A stretch of 64,000 bases of DNA from Phaeosaccion multiseriatum (Eukaryota; Protista; Ochrophyta, other classes), in assembly GCA_965112735.1 (NCBI GenBank), contig OZ218952.1, positions 5,642,001 to 5,706,000 of the forward strand. Reading direction: 5' to 3'. The notes under the pieces were generated by a model that was not told the DNA's origin, made no database searches, and was given only the letters and a program-made list of their open reading frames with translations. Below, piece by piece: positions 1-10,367 of this stretch; position 1 is the first letter of the stretch, and each line of letters opens with the position of its first letter. Both the position numbers and the translations under genes were made by a program.

Positions 1-1057
1 AGGCAGAGAAGGGGTCTTCGCATAGAGGAGCTCCACCTCCAACCTACCAAGTGTCTCATTGCCACTGTGCTCAGGCTCTCAAGGGCTTACAAGATGACGG
101 GTATGCGATCATCGACGACTTTCTGGGCCGCGGATGGGCGTCTGCTCTGCGCCAAGAGATTGCCTGGCTGCACTCCAAAGGCAAGTACCTCTTTCCTCCT
201 GAGGATAGAGACAATCGATATCCAGCGAAATGTGGAGCTGAGGCATTTGGAGAGTAATTAGCCTAGGCCTGCGCTGTTTCTGTCTCAGTCGCTGCTTACT
301 CATGCTCTGCTTCCACCCACCCACCTACCGCCCCTCTGCCCTGCTCAGGGCTGATGCAGGCCAATCGCACTCGCTTCGCGCACCCCGACGGGCGAGTGTT
401 TGCCTTCGTCAAACCGGGCATCAGTGAGGTGGATCTGCACGACGCCAAGGTATGCTTCGTGTCATCATATCAACACGATGTTGGGATATCATTTCGCACA
501 TGTTATATCGATTTACCAATCAGTTCGACTGGCGCGTACCCTCGCCCCTTCCCTCCTTCCCCTCCATCTCCTCTTTCTCTCCACACACACACACGCACAC
601 ACAAGATTCGCAGCCTCGTGCCTGAATTGGAGGCCCTCTTCTTCGAGGACGGTCTCGTGAGCGCCTTTGAGCAGGCCCTCCCTGGCACGGGGCCCGTGGG
701 TACTAGGGAGGGGGGAATGTGCCTCAGGCACGGCCCCAATGGGAAAACCCTCAAGCTCCAGCGAAATAGTGGGGAGGGGGGATGTTTTCCCCTACACTAT
801 GACAACCCTGGACTGCCCAACAAGCGGCGGTTGAGCTGCTTGCTCTATCTGAACCCGGACTGGCAAGAAGGGGACGGGGGAGAGATGTGCTTCACGCCCT
901 TCCTGGGTGCTGAGGTTACCATCCCACCGCTGATGGACAGGTGAGGGAGGGCTGACGGAGCGACGCTCAGTGCTCCTCGAGGTGGATGGGCCTACCTACA
1001 GAAAGAAGAAGGGTGACAGTTCTCGGGAACACACATTCACATACACATACACGAACT

Positions 1058-1102
<45 letters not shown>

Positions 1103-2435
1103 GCCTCGGAGGTAGGCAACTCAGACAGCCCTTCCCCCTCCCATTCCCTCCTCAGGCTTGTCGTGTTCCTGAGCGACCGTGTGCTCCATCGAGTCATGCC
1201 TGCCTTGGCGGAGCGCTACTGCCTGACTGTGTGGCTGGATGCAGGGGAGGAAGAGGGGGGCGGGCTCACTGTCAACAGGCCCGAGGATCTCATGCTCAAG
1301 CTTACTAAGCAGCAGCTCGAGGACTGGTGAGTTGGGTTGCGCTGTTCCACACAACAGGGAGAGAGAGAGAGAGGGAGGGAGGGAGGGAGGGCGAGCGGGG
1401 AGATGACGCCCGCGTGATGAAAGGATGATTGAGGATCGAAGAAGAAGCAGAGATAAAAGGAGTCTTAGCACACCCCTAAGGATGTAAACCCCATGCCTGC
1501 GCCCCCCCCCCCTTCCCTCTCTCTCTCTGTATGTGTGTGTGTGGCTTTCAAGGCCCGCTCTGTGCGAGCACCTCGGCAAGTCTCCTGTGCAGAGGCTTCT
1601 ATCAAGGGGTGAGAAGTGAAGCGAGGGAGTAGGGGAGGCCAGGAGTGGAAGCATGTCCCTCCCTTCTCTCTCTTGTCTCTCCTCCTCCTCTCTCTCTCTC
1701 TGCCGCGCTTCTAATGCCGAGCCGATTGGATCCAACAACAGCGTTCTCTCCTTCTCAAACTTCTATCGGCCCTCTCTGCCTTTTCTTTAACCTCTGCGCT
1801 CTCTCTTGTCTTCCCTCTGCCCCTTCTACCTTGTCTACCTTCCCTCTGTCCTCTCTCCCCTCCCTCTCTCTACCCTCCCTACCTCCTCTCCTCCCTCATT
1901 CTGCCTTCTCTCTGCCCTTTCTACCCCTCCTCTCTACCCCTATACCCCACCCCCCTCTTTCTGCCTACCCCCCATGGCAGGCGTGTACTCTGAGGAGTAC
2001 GAGGAGTCTCTGCGGCTGTGCATGTCCGGTGCAGAGGGGTGCGACGAGATGGTCCACGCTCACCTCGCTCAGGTGAGTGGGCCACTGTCCTGACACCGGT
2101 CACTCAGAGTCACTGTCCTGACACACGTCACTCAGAGTCACTGTCCTGACACACGTCACTCAGACTCACTGTCCTGACACCTGGCAGGGCCGCAGGGCGA
2201 GGGCGAGGGAGGGCCATGGGGAGCAGCTTTTGAGTTTCAGTTTCAGGGCTGACGCGGGTGTGTGTGTGCGTGTGTATGTTTACGTGTGCGTGTGGCGCAG
2301 GTCTCGTCTATGCGGAAGAACCCTGCCCTGTGGGCCATCATTGAGAAGCTCCGCCACACTAAAGAGGAGGGCCAGCAACAGAGGCGCAGCCAAGCTGAGG
2401 AGGGGGAGGGGAGGGGGACCGGGGGCGGGCACTGA
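1..2435 (+). CDS. 2OG-Fe(II) oxygenase, prolyl-4-hydroxylase/EGLN-like (5' end outside window)
   Basis: Exons <1-180, 349-449, 606-940, 1156-1326, 1553-1608, 1981-2072, 2301-2435 join in frame. Motifs: HYD (HxD), RRLSCLLYLNPDW..GDGGE, DRLVVFLSDRVLHRVMP..RYCLTVW (distal His and Arg). First intron is GC-AG. Confidence 0.85.
2083..2180. repeat. intronic minisatellite, ~28-bp unit CACTGTCCTGACACACGTCACTCAGAGT x~3.5
   Basis: Direct tandem copies visible just after the donor at 2073. Confidence 0.9.
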
Positions 2436-3053
2436 GCAACGACAGCGCAACAGCAGAAGGCGTAGGTGCAGCAGCCCAACACTTCGAGAAGGCAAAGGGG
2501 GTATATATAGTATTTGGGCAAACAAAAAGGAGGTGTTTGATTGACTTACAGGAATCAACCTTAGAAGTACGTGTGCGCGTGTGTGTAAAGTGCGGCATGT
2601 GGCCATGCACATGGGGTAGGTACGTAATGCCTTCCCTTCTTGCAAGAAGGGCAAGGTGAGGGTAAGGAGCTTGAGAGATAGCAAAGTACTTCGAAGTACT
2701 GGACAAGAGTATATAAAGGATTGCAGGGGTCCGGAGCCCGCTGCGAGGAATGGAGTGTGGAGTAATGTACAGAGGAACCGGTTCACATTCTGCCGGCCTG
2801 CTCTGCGTGAGCAAATTACTTTTACTTACTTAGTTTAAGGTGTATGTATGTACCAATTTGAAAGCTCTGCTTGCGCCAACCAGCCATCCCTCCTCCACTC
2901 TCCTCCCCCGCCCGCTCCGCTCCCGCCAGGCGGCCCTCCACCCCCTCCCCTTCCTCCCCTCTCGTCCATGTCCACGCGACACTCCTCCGCGCCTCCTCTC
3001 CTCAGTCGCTCAGTCCCTCCCGTGCGTCACATCGCTGCTCCGCTTAGCTCAGT

Positions 3054-4314
3054 TCAGCCCCTAAATTTGCCCCAGATGTGTAGAAGCACTACACATCCAA
3101 TGAAGCAAACGGAAAATACGAGCACGACGGTAGGGCCAATCTTGAGCCCGGGGGCGTCATCTGTGTAGAACTTCATGATACCTGAGAATCGATGGCAGTG
3201 GAAAGGTTGGAGAGGGAGAATGGGGGCGGGGCCGGAGGAAGAGATGGGAACAGAAGAGCAAGGCAAGGCCGTTAGGAGGGGAGGGAGCGTGGAGGAAGGC
3301 AGGGAGACCCTCTCGTCAGAAGGGTCCTCAACCGGCCAAGGCTTGTCTTGGTAAGAGAGTGTAATTGCAAAACCCCTCCCGGCCGAGGCAGGCGGCCAGC
3401 GCCGGTCAAGGGCAGAGGGACGAACGGAGGGCACACGGCACACGACACCCCCTGTCCCAGGCGAAGCAGCAGCACTCCCAACATTGTCTCCGTCTGTTTC
3501 TCGTTCGAGGCCCCCTTCCTCGCTCGGTCGCACGAGCTCCAGCCAGCCTACCCCCTGCCATGCCCACGCTGCTTCTCGCCCTCTGCCAGGGCCAATGCTC
3601 AACGCTCGCCCTCTTACCAATACTGCACAGCCGACGTGTTCCCCTTCTTCTACCCCTCACTACCTGCATTCATCCATCGCAATGCGTGGCCTCACCTTGC
3701 GAACCAGTTTGGCCAGTCTGCCTTCCCTTTCCCTCATCTGGCCGACTGCGCCGCCTCGCTGCTGCCTGCCCTGCTGCACCTCCTGGCTTGGCCGTTCTAT
3801 TGACTGCGTCAGCCTTGAAAAATACAAGGGGGGGGGGGAGAAGGCGAGGGGGGAGAAGGCGAGGGGGCGTACAAGAAACACAGGTAAGCAGAGGAGGAGG
3901 AGGGGGAGGAGTATACACTGCAGCTGACGCCCTGGAAAAGATTCCTTCTTCCTGCCCGCGTGACACGCATGCTGGGAGCCCTCTCCCACGGCAAGGCGAC
4001 GACGAAGAGTATCCACATAGGAACCGCATCGTCTCCTCTCTTCAGCCTCTTCTGCTTAACGCCTCCTCCCATCCTCCGAGGAACAGCCCACAGCCTGGCC
4101 GATTGGGGACAGTGGCAGGCAGACCCCGCCTCCCAGGACCCTGTGGACCGTCTTGCCCTCCCAGGAGAGAAAGCACAGTGCAGGAAGTCAAAGAAAGGCT
4201 GCAGCAGCGCCTCCGTCGGCCCCCTATCGTCTGCGCCCCGTGGCAATACCCTCTCCTGTTCTCGTGGCGCTCCTCCAAGCTCCCCTGCCTCTTCTTTTCC
4301 CCTTCACGTACCAT
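3054..4314 (-). CDS. SEC61B: protein transport protein Sec61 subunit beta
   Basis: Exons 4314-4312 (ATG only), 3813-3696, 3181-3054. Basic N-terminus (AAARRRS), then [38 protein letters not shown], the diagnostic Sec61beta C-terminus. Confidence 0.93.
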
Positions 4315-4510
4315 GGTACTCTACTTGTCCTAAATAAGAAGAGTATTCCTGGCTCCTGGCTAATGTCTCGCTCTCTATCGCCGCTGCTGCTCTGTCTAAG
4401 GTGTCGGGGAAGGCGGCCGGCTGTGGGTGAAGCTGCCCCCCTCGGGACAGCTCCAGCGGGCTGAAACTAAAACTGGCTCCGCCCCTCCGCCCTTCTGATC
4501 TTCTCCTCCT

Positions 4511-4671
4511 TGGTGGCCACCTTCCTCGCTGGAATCGCGAGACCCGCGCTCTCTGCTAGAAACTGCGCAGAAGGTGAGAGGCTCTTGAGTGCAGTCAGCG
4601 ACTCTCGCCTTCTGCGCAGTTTCGAGCAAAGAGCGCGGGTCTCGCGATTCCAGCGAGGAAGGTGGCCACCA
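4511..4671. repeat. long inverted repeat/hairpin (70-bp arms, 21-nt loop)
   Basis: 4511-4580 is the reverse complement of 4602-4671 with 3 mismatches. Confidence 0.95.
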
Positions 4672-5490
4672 CCTGAAGGAGTCCTCGATGTACAGAGGTG
4701 CCGCAGCCGGGCGACGACCAGAGAGGGGAGAGTTGTTAGCAAATTGTGCGATCGACTTTGACTGCTGGGCTTGCGGCTGGAACAGGGTTGCACGGACGTA
4801 GAGAAAGGACTGGGCAAGTGGAGCAACGTTTTCCGCAAGACGAGTGCGCATCTGCGCCAGCACCATGACCTGCTGAAGAGGAGGATGAACGCGAGGGCCA
4901 CTATGAAGCCGATTTTTCAGCAGGGGGGCATGCTGACAAGGGACTTGAGGCGGCCTGCGCCTGGGGAGGAGTTCGCCAATTCCCTCTTAGAGCCACAGCC
5001 GACGTGCCCATCGCCAGGACAGCTCGAGCAGCAGAGGCAGCTGAGAGAGGGGCCTGTGCCTTTGGTAGCAGCAGCTGCTGCGGCTGCGGCTGCGAGTAGC
5101 GCTGAGGCGTGCACCCTGCGGGAGCAAGTCTCTTCCCTCTCTTCGCAGGGAGGAAGCGTGCCTGATAGGGGTGCCAGTGGTCAACCGGCCACACTTCCCG
5201 ATGAACCACGGCGGAAGAGGGCCTATAAGGTGTGCAAGACGGGCGGGCATTATCAGGAGGCTCGGAGGGGTGGCGTGAGCGTGCACACAGGGACGAAGAA
5301 GACTTGCGCCGTGCCCGATACCGAGAAGCGGCCCAGGAAGCGCAATCGCAAGGGCGAGCTCATTCCAGAGAGCCAGTCCTCCCCCGGGTGTATGGTGGGC
5401 CTTGCGGATGTGATTTTTGCAGTTCATTCGCAACTTCTGGGCCTTAGGGAAGCCAAAAAAGAGGGGGGGGGGAATTGTCGTTGCGAATGA
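4589..5490 (+). pseudogene. frameshifted, intronless, probably transposon-derived ORF fragment
   Basis: IDFDCWACGWN (frame of ORF 4589) continues into GCTDVEKG..VFRKTSAHLRQHH (frame of ORF 4771) across a 1-nt frameshift near 4784. C-terminal degenerate Cys/His knuckle (YKVCKTGGHY..H...C) and basic tail. Bracketed by hairpins. Confidence 0.5.
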
Positions 5491-5522
5491 ACTGCAAAAA
5501 CCACATCCACAAGGCCCACCAT
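5392..5522. repeat. inverted repeat/hairpin (43-bp arms, 45-nt loop)
   Basis: 5392-5434 is the reverse complement of 5480-5522 with 2 mismatches. Confidence 0.93.
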
Positions 5523-5680
5523 CTTACCCTTTACTTAGCGGGCAAAACCTATTTCTTATTCTTTCTTTGCTCTTTACTCAGCGGGCCGACCCATAAAAAA
5601 AAAATGAAACTGAAACAGACAGAGCGGAGAGAGCTGAGAGGGTGGGGAGACACGTTGTCACGACGTGTGATGTATTTGCA

Positions 5681-8600
5681 TTAGGTGAGCTCGAAGCCCG
5701 CGTTTGCGTTGATGGCGTAGAGCAGCTTCTCCCGCAGTGTGCGCTCGTCCGGATAAGCAGGCAGCTTGAGCAGATTCATACACGTGGCGCTCGTGGGCAG
5801 GCGCTCCTCCCCGGTGCCCGCCTCCCCCAAGGGCACCTTCTGGATGCAAATGGGGGGGTGCAGGTGCTGGAACCCAAGTAAGGGTGGCCTGCTGCACGAC
5901 GTCAGGAACTTGAGAAAGGACGCCTGCTGCTCTCTGTCAAAGCCGCGCACACAGTTCCAGAACCACTCCATAATCGGTTGTGAGGGGTGATACCCTCCGG
6001 CGTACTTTGTGTGCTGCATGAGGTTCGCCAAATCAAGCTGCTTGGAATCGTCCCCACCGATGAGTTTCTGTAACTCCCGCGGGTTGAAGAGACGGATCCA
6101 CTCCACCGGCACGAGGTCTCGGAAACCCTTGAGAAAGGCCCGGCACTGCAGCGCACACTCCCGATTCAGCTTGAAGTTGGCCATGGTGTGAATGTAGCGA
6201 ATCACATTGGTATTGTCCACCGCCACTTCGCCCCCACCGGGGATGAGGTCCCACTGTCTGGTGGCCCCGAAAGCGTTGGAAGAAACGGCAAAGGTGAGGC
6301 AGAGGTCCTCGATACTCTCCCCTCGATGCGCCATTGCCTTGAGCCGCATCAGATTCCGGTACACCTCAGGGTCCAGCGTGTGCAAGTCGTCAATGAAGTT
6401 GTGCCTCCCCAGCAGCTTGTTGAGAAACACTGCCGAGAAGAGCGGCTCCACGAGGATGTCCTCATACACTGCCTTGCCCAACACCCGTCCCAAAAACTCA
6501 AAGTGCTCCAGATAGTCCTCGTTGGCCACCGACGCTCCGGCGCTGGGGTACAGCCGTTGGTCCTCCGTTACGCCAAACATGCCCCACTGCGGGTCGAAAG
6601 CCTCCGTGGTAAGGGTGTCAATGAACTCCTTGAACACACCTCCTCCGTCGATGCCCGCCTCCTCGATACCATGCTCGTTGACAAGCGTGATTTTGATCCT
6701 GCCCTTGAGTCCCGCCCCCAACGCGTTGAGCTTGGAGAATGAGTCCTGTGGTAGGAAAGAGGAGAGGGGGGAGAGGAGAGGAGAGGAGAGGGGAGAGGAA
6801 CGGGGAGGAGAGGAGAGGGGAGAGGGGAGGGGAGAGGAGAGGGGAGAGGGGCGGGGAGGAGAGGAGAGGAAAGGGGAGATGAGAGGGGAGGAGAAGGAGA
6901 GGAGAGGAGAGGAGAGGAGAGAAAAGGGAAGAGGAGAGGAGAGGAGAGGGGAGAGGAACGGGGAGGAGAGGAGAGGAAAGGGGGGAGGAAAGGGGAGGAG
7001 AGGAGAGGGGAGAGGGGCGGGGAGGAGAGGGGAGGAGAAGGAGAGGAGAGGAAAGAAAAGGGAAGGAGAGGAGAGAAGAGGAGAGGATACGAGAGGGGGG
7101 CATACAGATGGGCAAGAGGCTTGAGCATGCGGCGAAGGGCTAAAGGATAAAAAGGACATGTGCAAAGAAAAGCGGGTAGGTGCGTGGGTGTGGGTATGTG
7201 GTTACGTACCTCGTACAGCGTTTGGCGCCGGATGGTGAGTCTTGCCGTAGTGTCGCCCCCCATGGCCCCCAGGAAGCCGTTGGCTGGTTGGTTCTTCGCC
7301 CGGTCTGTCTCCATCAGCAGGCGGAAGATGAACACTCGCTGATCGAAGGGCAGCACCTGCGGAATATTGGACAGCACCAGGCCCAGGCTGCCGCTGCCGA
7401 AATAGAACTCATATACACCCTTATCACCCGAGGAGGAAGAGGAAGAGGAAGCTGAGGAAGGGCCAATCAGCGAGTCCGAGCCGCCGGAGCCCCCGGCCCC
7501 AGGCTGCAGCTCGGAGGCCGAGATGGCAGTCCAGTACCACGCCGCCGGGTCCATGAAACTCCTCCTCGTGTTCCTCTCGTACAGCTGATTGAACAGCCGA
7601 GACGCGGCCAGGAGAAGCTGTGCGTTCAGGAGCAGCTCACTCGCGTTCGAGAATGATCGATCACCTCCTCCTCCTCCTCCTCCTCCTCCACTTCCTCCCC
7701 CCCCTGCCCCTCCTCCACCTCCTCCTCCCTCCACTAGCAGGCGTTCGGGAATCCGCTCAATCCAGTACGCCCTGTAGAGCCATTGCCGTAAGAAGTCAGC
7801 GAGCGCCCGCACGGCAGGCAGGGGCATGAACACCTGCCTCTCGTAGAACTCGTCGTCGTCCAGAGACAAGAGCTTGTGGCTGCAGGCAGAGCAGAACAGG
7901 AACAAGGCAGAGCCCACATCCTTGGGCGGTGGATCACCACCCCCCCCTCCCCCCCTCGTGCTGCGGACGCGCCCGGTCTTTGCCAAGAGAGAGAGGTCTA
8001 GGGAGGAGGATAGGTGGCTCCACAGCCGAGGCACCAGAGGGGCAGACGGAAAGCTGTAGGCCAGAGAGTTCATCACCCCCCGCACCAGGGTCGCGCCTCC
8101 CTTGGCCGCTGTAGCTACGGTCCCTACTCCGTCGTGTGCGTGCGTCAAGACCTCCCCCAGGAGGCCACAGAGCATGATCACAGGGTCCTCCGCACCTCCT
8201 TGTACATCACCAACTGCTGCTGCTACTGCTGCTTTTGTTGCCTCGCCCGCCTCCTCGATACGAGGCACAATGGCGTCGACAAGGATGCCCACTGTGGAGC
8301 CCTCCCCCAGCCGCCACAGGGTTTCTGTGGCAGTCTTGACGTCCTCCTGCACAGCAGAGACGGGTCCAAGCCGACTGGCCCGCATCGCCGCTGCCCTCGC
8401 GCGTCGGAGTACTTTGGGCACCACCAAGCGCAGGTCACTTACCACCTCTTCGTCTTCTACGCTGTCCTCGTCCAAGTTGAAAGGGTTCCCGTCGTCGGAG
8501 GTGTCCATTTTCTCTTCCTTGCCATTACTCGCAGAGGAAGCGACCCCTCCCCCCTCCCCAGCCTGTGCGCCTCCTTCAAAGTCCCCCGCCAGCAAGTACA

Positions 8601-8860
8601 GCGGCATCCGACCCAAGAGCCTTCGCAGCAGCCTCAACAGATCCGACACATGTGCCGAGGACAAGTGCCTACTGCTGCCCCCACCGCCACTGCTGCTGCT
8701 GCTGCTGCTGCTGCTCTTGCCGGCCCCTACCAACGAGAAGAATGGGCTCGTCTCGATCTGCAGTAGGTTGTTGATGGCTCTCGCCACCTGTCCGAGGCTC
8801 CACTCGGACACACCCGATGGACATGATGAGGCGCTACTGCTCGGGCCCGTCGACGCTGCC

Positions 8861-8921
<61 letters not shown>

Positions 8922-10080
8922 CGGCTGTAGTAGAGTCAAAGCCACTCTCCACCAGGGCCAGGATCTCCCACCAGATATCTGCGTCGCCTTGTAGCAAAGG
9001 ATCCACCAGGGAAGGTTTCACCCCCGGCGAGAGGAGATTGGGTAAAGGTAAAATGACTTGGCCGAACGCCTGCAGGACTCGTTTGGCATGCTGCGTGCTC
9101 GCTATTGAGGAGCCGTCTCCTGCACCACCTGTACTGCTTCCGCCACTCGCCGCGTGCACAGGCAGGTCCAAGGCTTGCAACGCCAGCTTATAAAGGAGGA
9201 GAGATGCCGCGTCGGGCGTTGAAGAGGTCGAGTTCAGCTGCTCCAAGGCAAGGAACAGAGACGTTCGTTCTCTCCCGCCTGAGGAGGAGGAAGACAAATC
9301 AGCGCCTGCTTTGGATGCTCCGACATAGGTCCGAAGTACCAGTCGCTCATCGGAGTTGGCGAGCGCTAATCGACCGATGAGCTCGCTTCGCAATGGCGCC
9401 AGGGCCAGACTCACGGCAGAGGGCTGCGGCTGCGGCTGCGGCGGCTGCTGCTGCTGCTGCTGCAGCTGCAGGGGAGCCGCCAGCAGACCCTCTAGCAACC
9501 GATAGCACGCGTCCTGGTCGTTGGTGCCGCTCCTTACGTCGCCCGAGGAAGAAGAGAGGCTGAACAAGCATCGGACGAACACCTTCGCCCATCGCAATGT
9601 ACACAACTCCTTGCCCTCCAGGTCGACCACTGCCGCTGCCTTGAGTATGTTGAACTCGCTCTTTTGCGACTCCAGCGAGGCGATCAGCAGCGGACACAGG
9701 TGCTGGCGGAAGCGGTCCCCATCCTCTGGGTGGGTATCGAAGAACAGGTATTGTCTCACGAGTCCCACCACCACCGGAGCTGGAGGCACAAACTTGGTCC
9801 CGCTCCCCGCTGCCGCCGTCGAGTCCAGGATAGCCTGCAGTCTAGCGAGGTCGTGTATCTTCCCGTCCCACTCCCTCCGCTCCTGGGCCCTTCTGTGATG
9901 CACCGCTCTCTTTCCTCGCCATACTCTCTGTATCGCAGTGGAGCTCAGCGTCCGCAGCCGCTCTCGCCGCCGCACTTCCCTCTCCTCCCTCGCCCTTCGA
10001 AGAAAGTCGCCCCTGTCCTCCTCTTTGCTCTTGCCTCTCAGGGAGACTGCCTTTTGCTTCTTGCTCTGTCCATTAAACAT
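5681..10080 (-). CDS. HECT E3 ubiquitin ligase, UBE3B/UBE3C (UPL6/7) type, ~1311 aa
   Basis: Exons 10080-7210 and 6745-5681. N-terminal VSLRGKS..FLRRAREERE plus IQ motif (IQRVWRG). IPQVLPFDQRV; EAGIDGGGVFKEF; FLTSCSRPPLLGF; RLPTSATCMNLLKLP (catalytic Cys); ends GFELT. Confidence 0.95.
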
Positions 10081-10285
10081 TCTTCTCGAGTCTTCTCTGA
10101 GACTCTTCCTCGCCTGTTACGCTTGCTCCCCTGACCGCCAGAAGGCCGGGAAAAGCCCGATTATCGCCCAGCCCTCCCGCAACCGCTGGAGCTACGGGCA
10201 AGAAAGCTTTCAGGGGCCTCTGGGTAGCAGCGGAATGAGAAAATAGAGGGTTATAAGGCTTCAAGAGGGATGTGAGGGAACAGCT

Positions 10286-10315
10286 GAAACTGAAACGGAA
10301 ACTGGAAACTGGAAC
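10286..10315 (-). promoter_or_regulatory. tandem GAAACT (GTTTCAG on minus) motif in the HECT/TPR bidirectional promoter
   Basis: gaaactgaaacggaaactggaaactggaac. Similar motifs at 4463, 35583 and 47473, each upstream of a minus-strand start. Confidence 0.4.
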
Positions 10316-10367
10316 ATGTCACCTCAGGGTCGACCTTCACCCATCTTCTCCGTCTCTCTGCTGCGCG

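Noticed and set aside
2083-2180. CRISPR-like appearance of ~28-bp repeats (also 33127-33232 and 39838-39892)
   Set aside because: Head-to-tail copies without unique spacers, intronic, and no cas genes; these are ordinary minisatellites.
6568-7209. Apparent frameshift or overlap between the two HECT ORFs
   Set aside because: Explained by a 464-bp pyrimidine-rich GT-AG intron (7209-6746).
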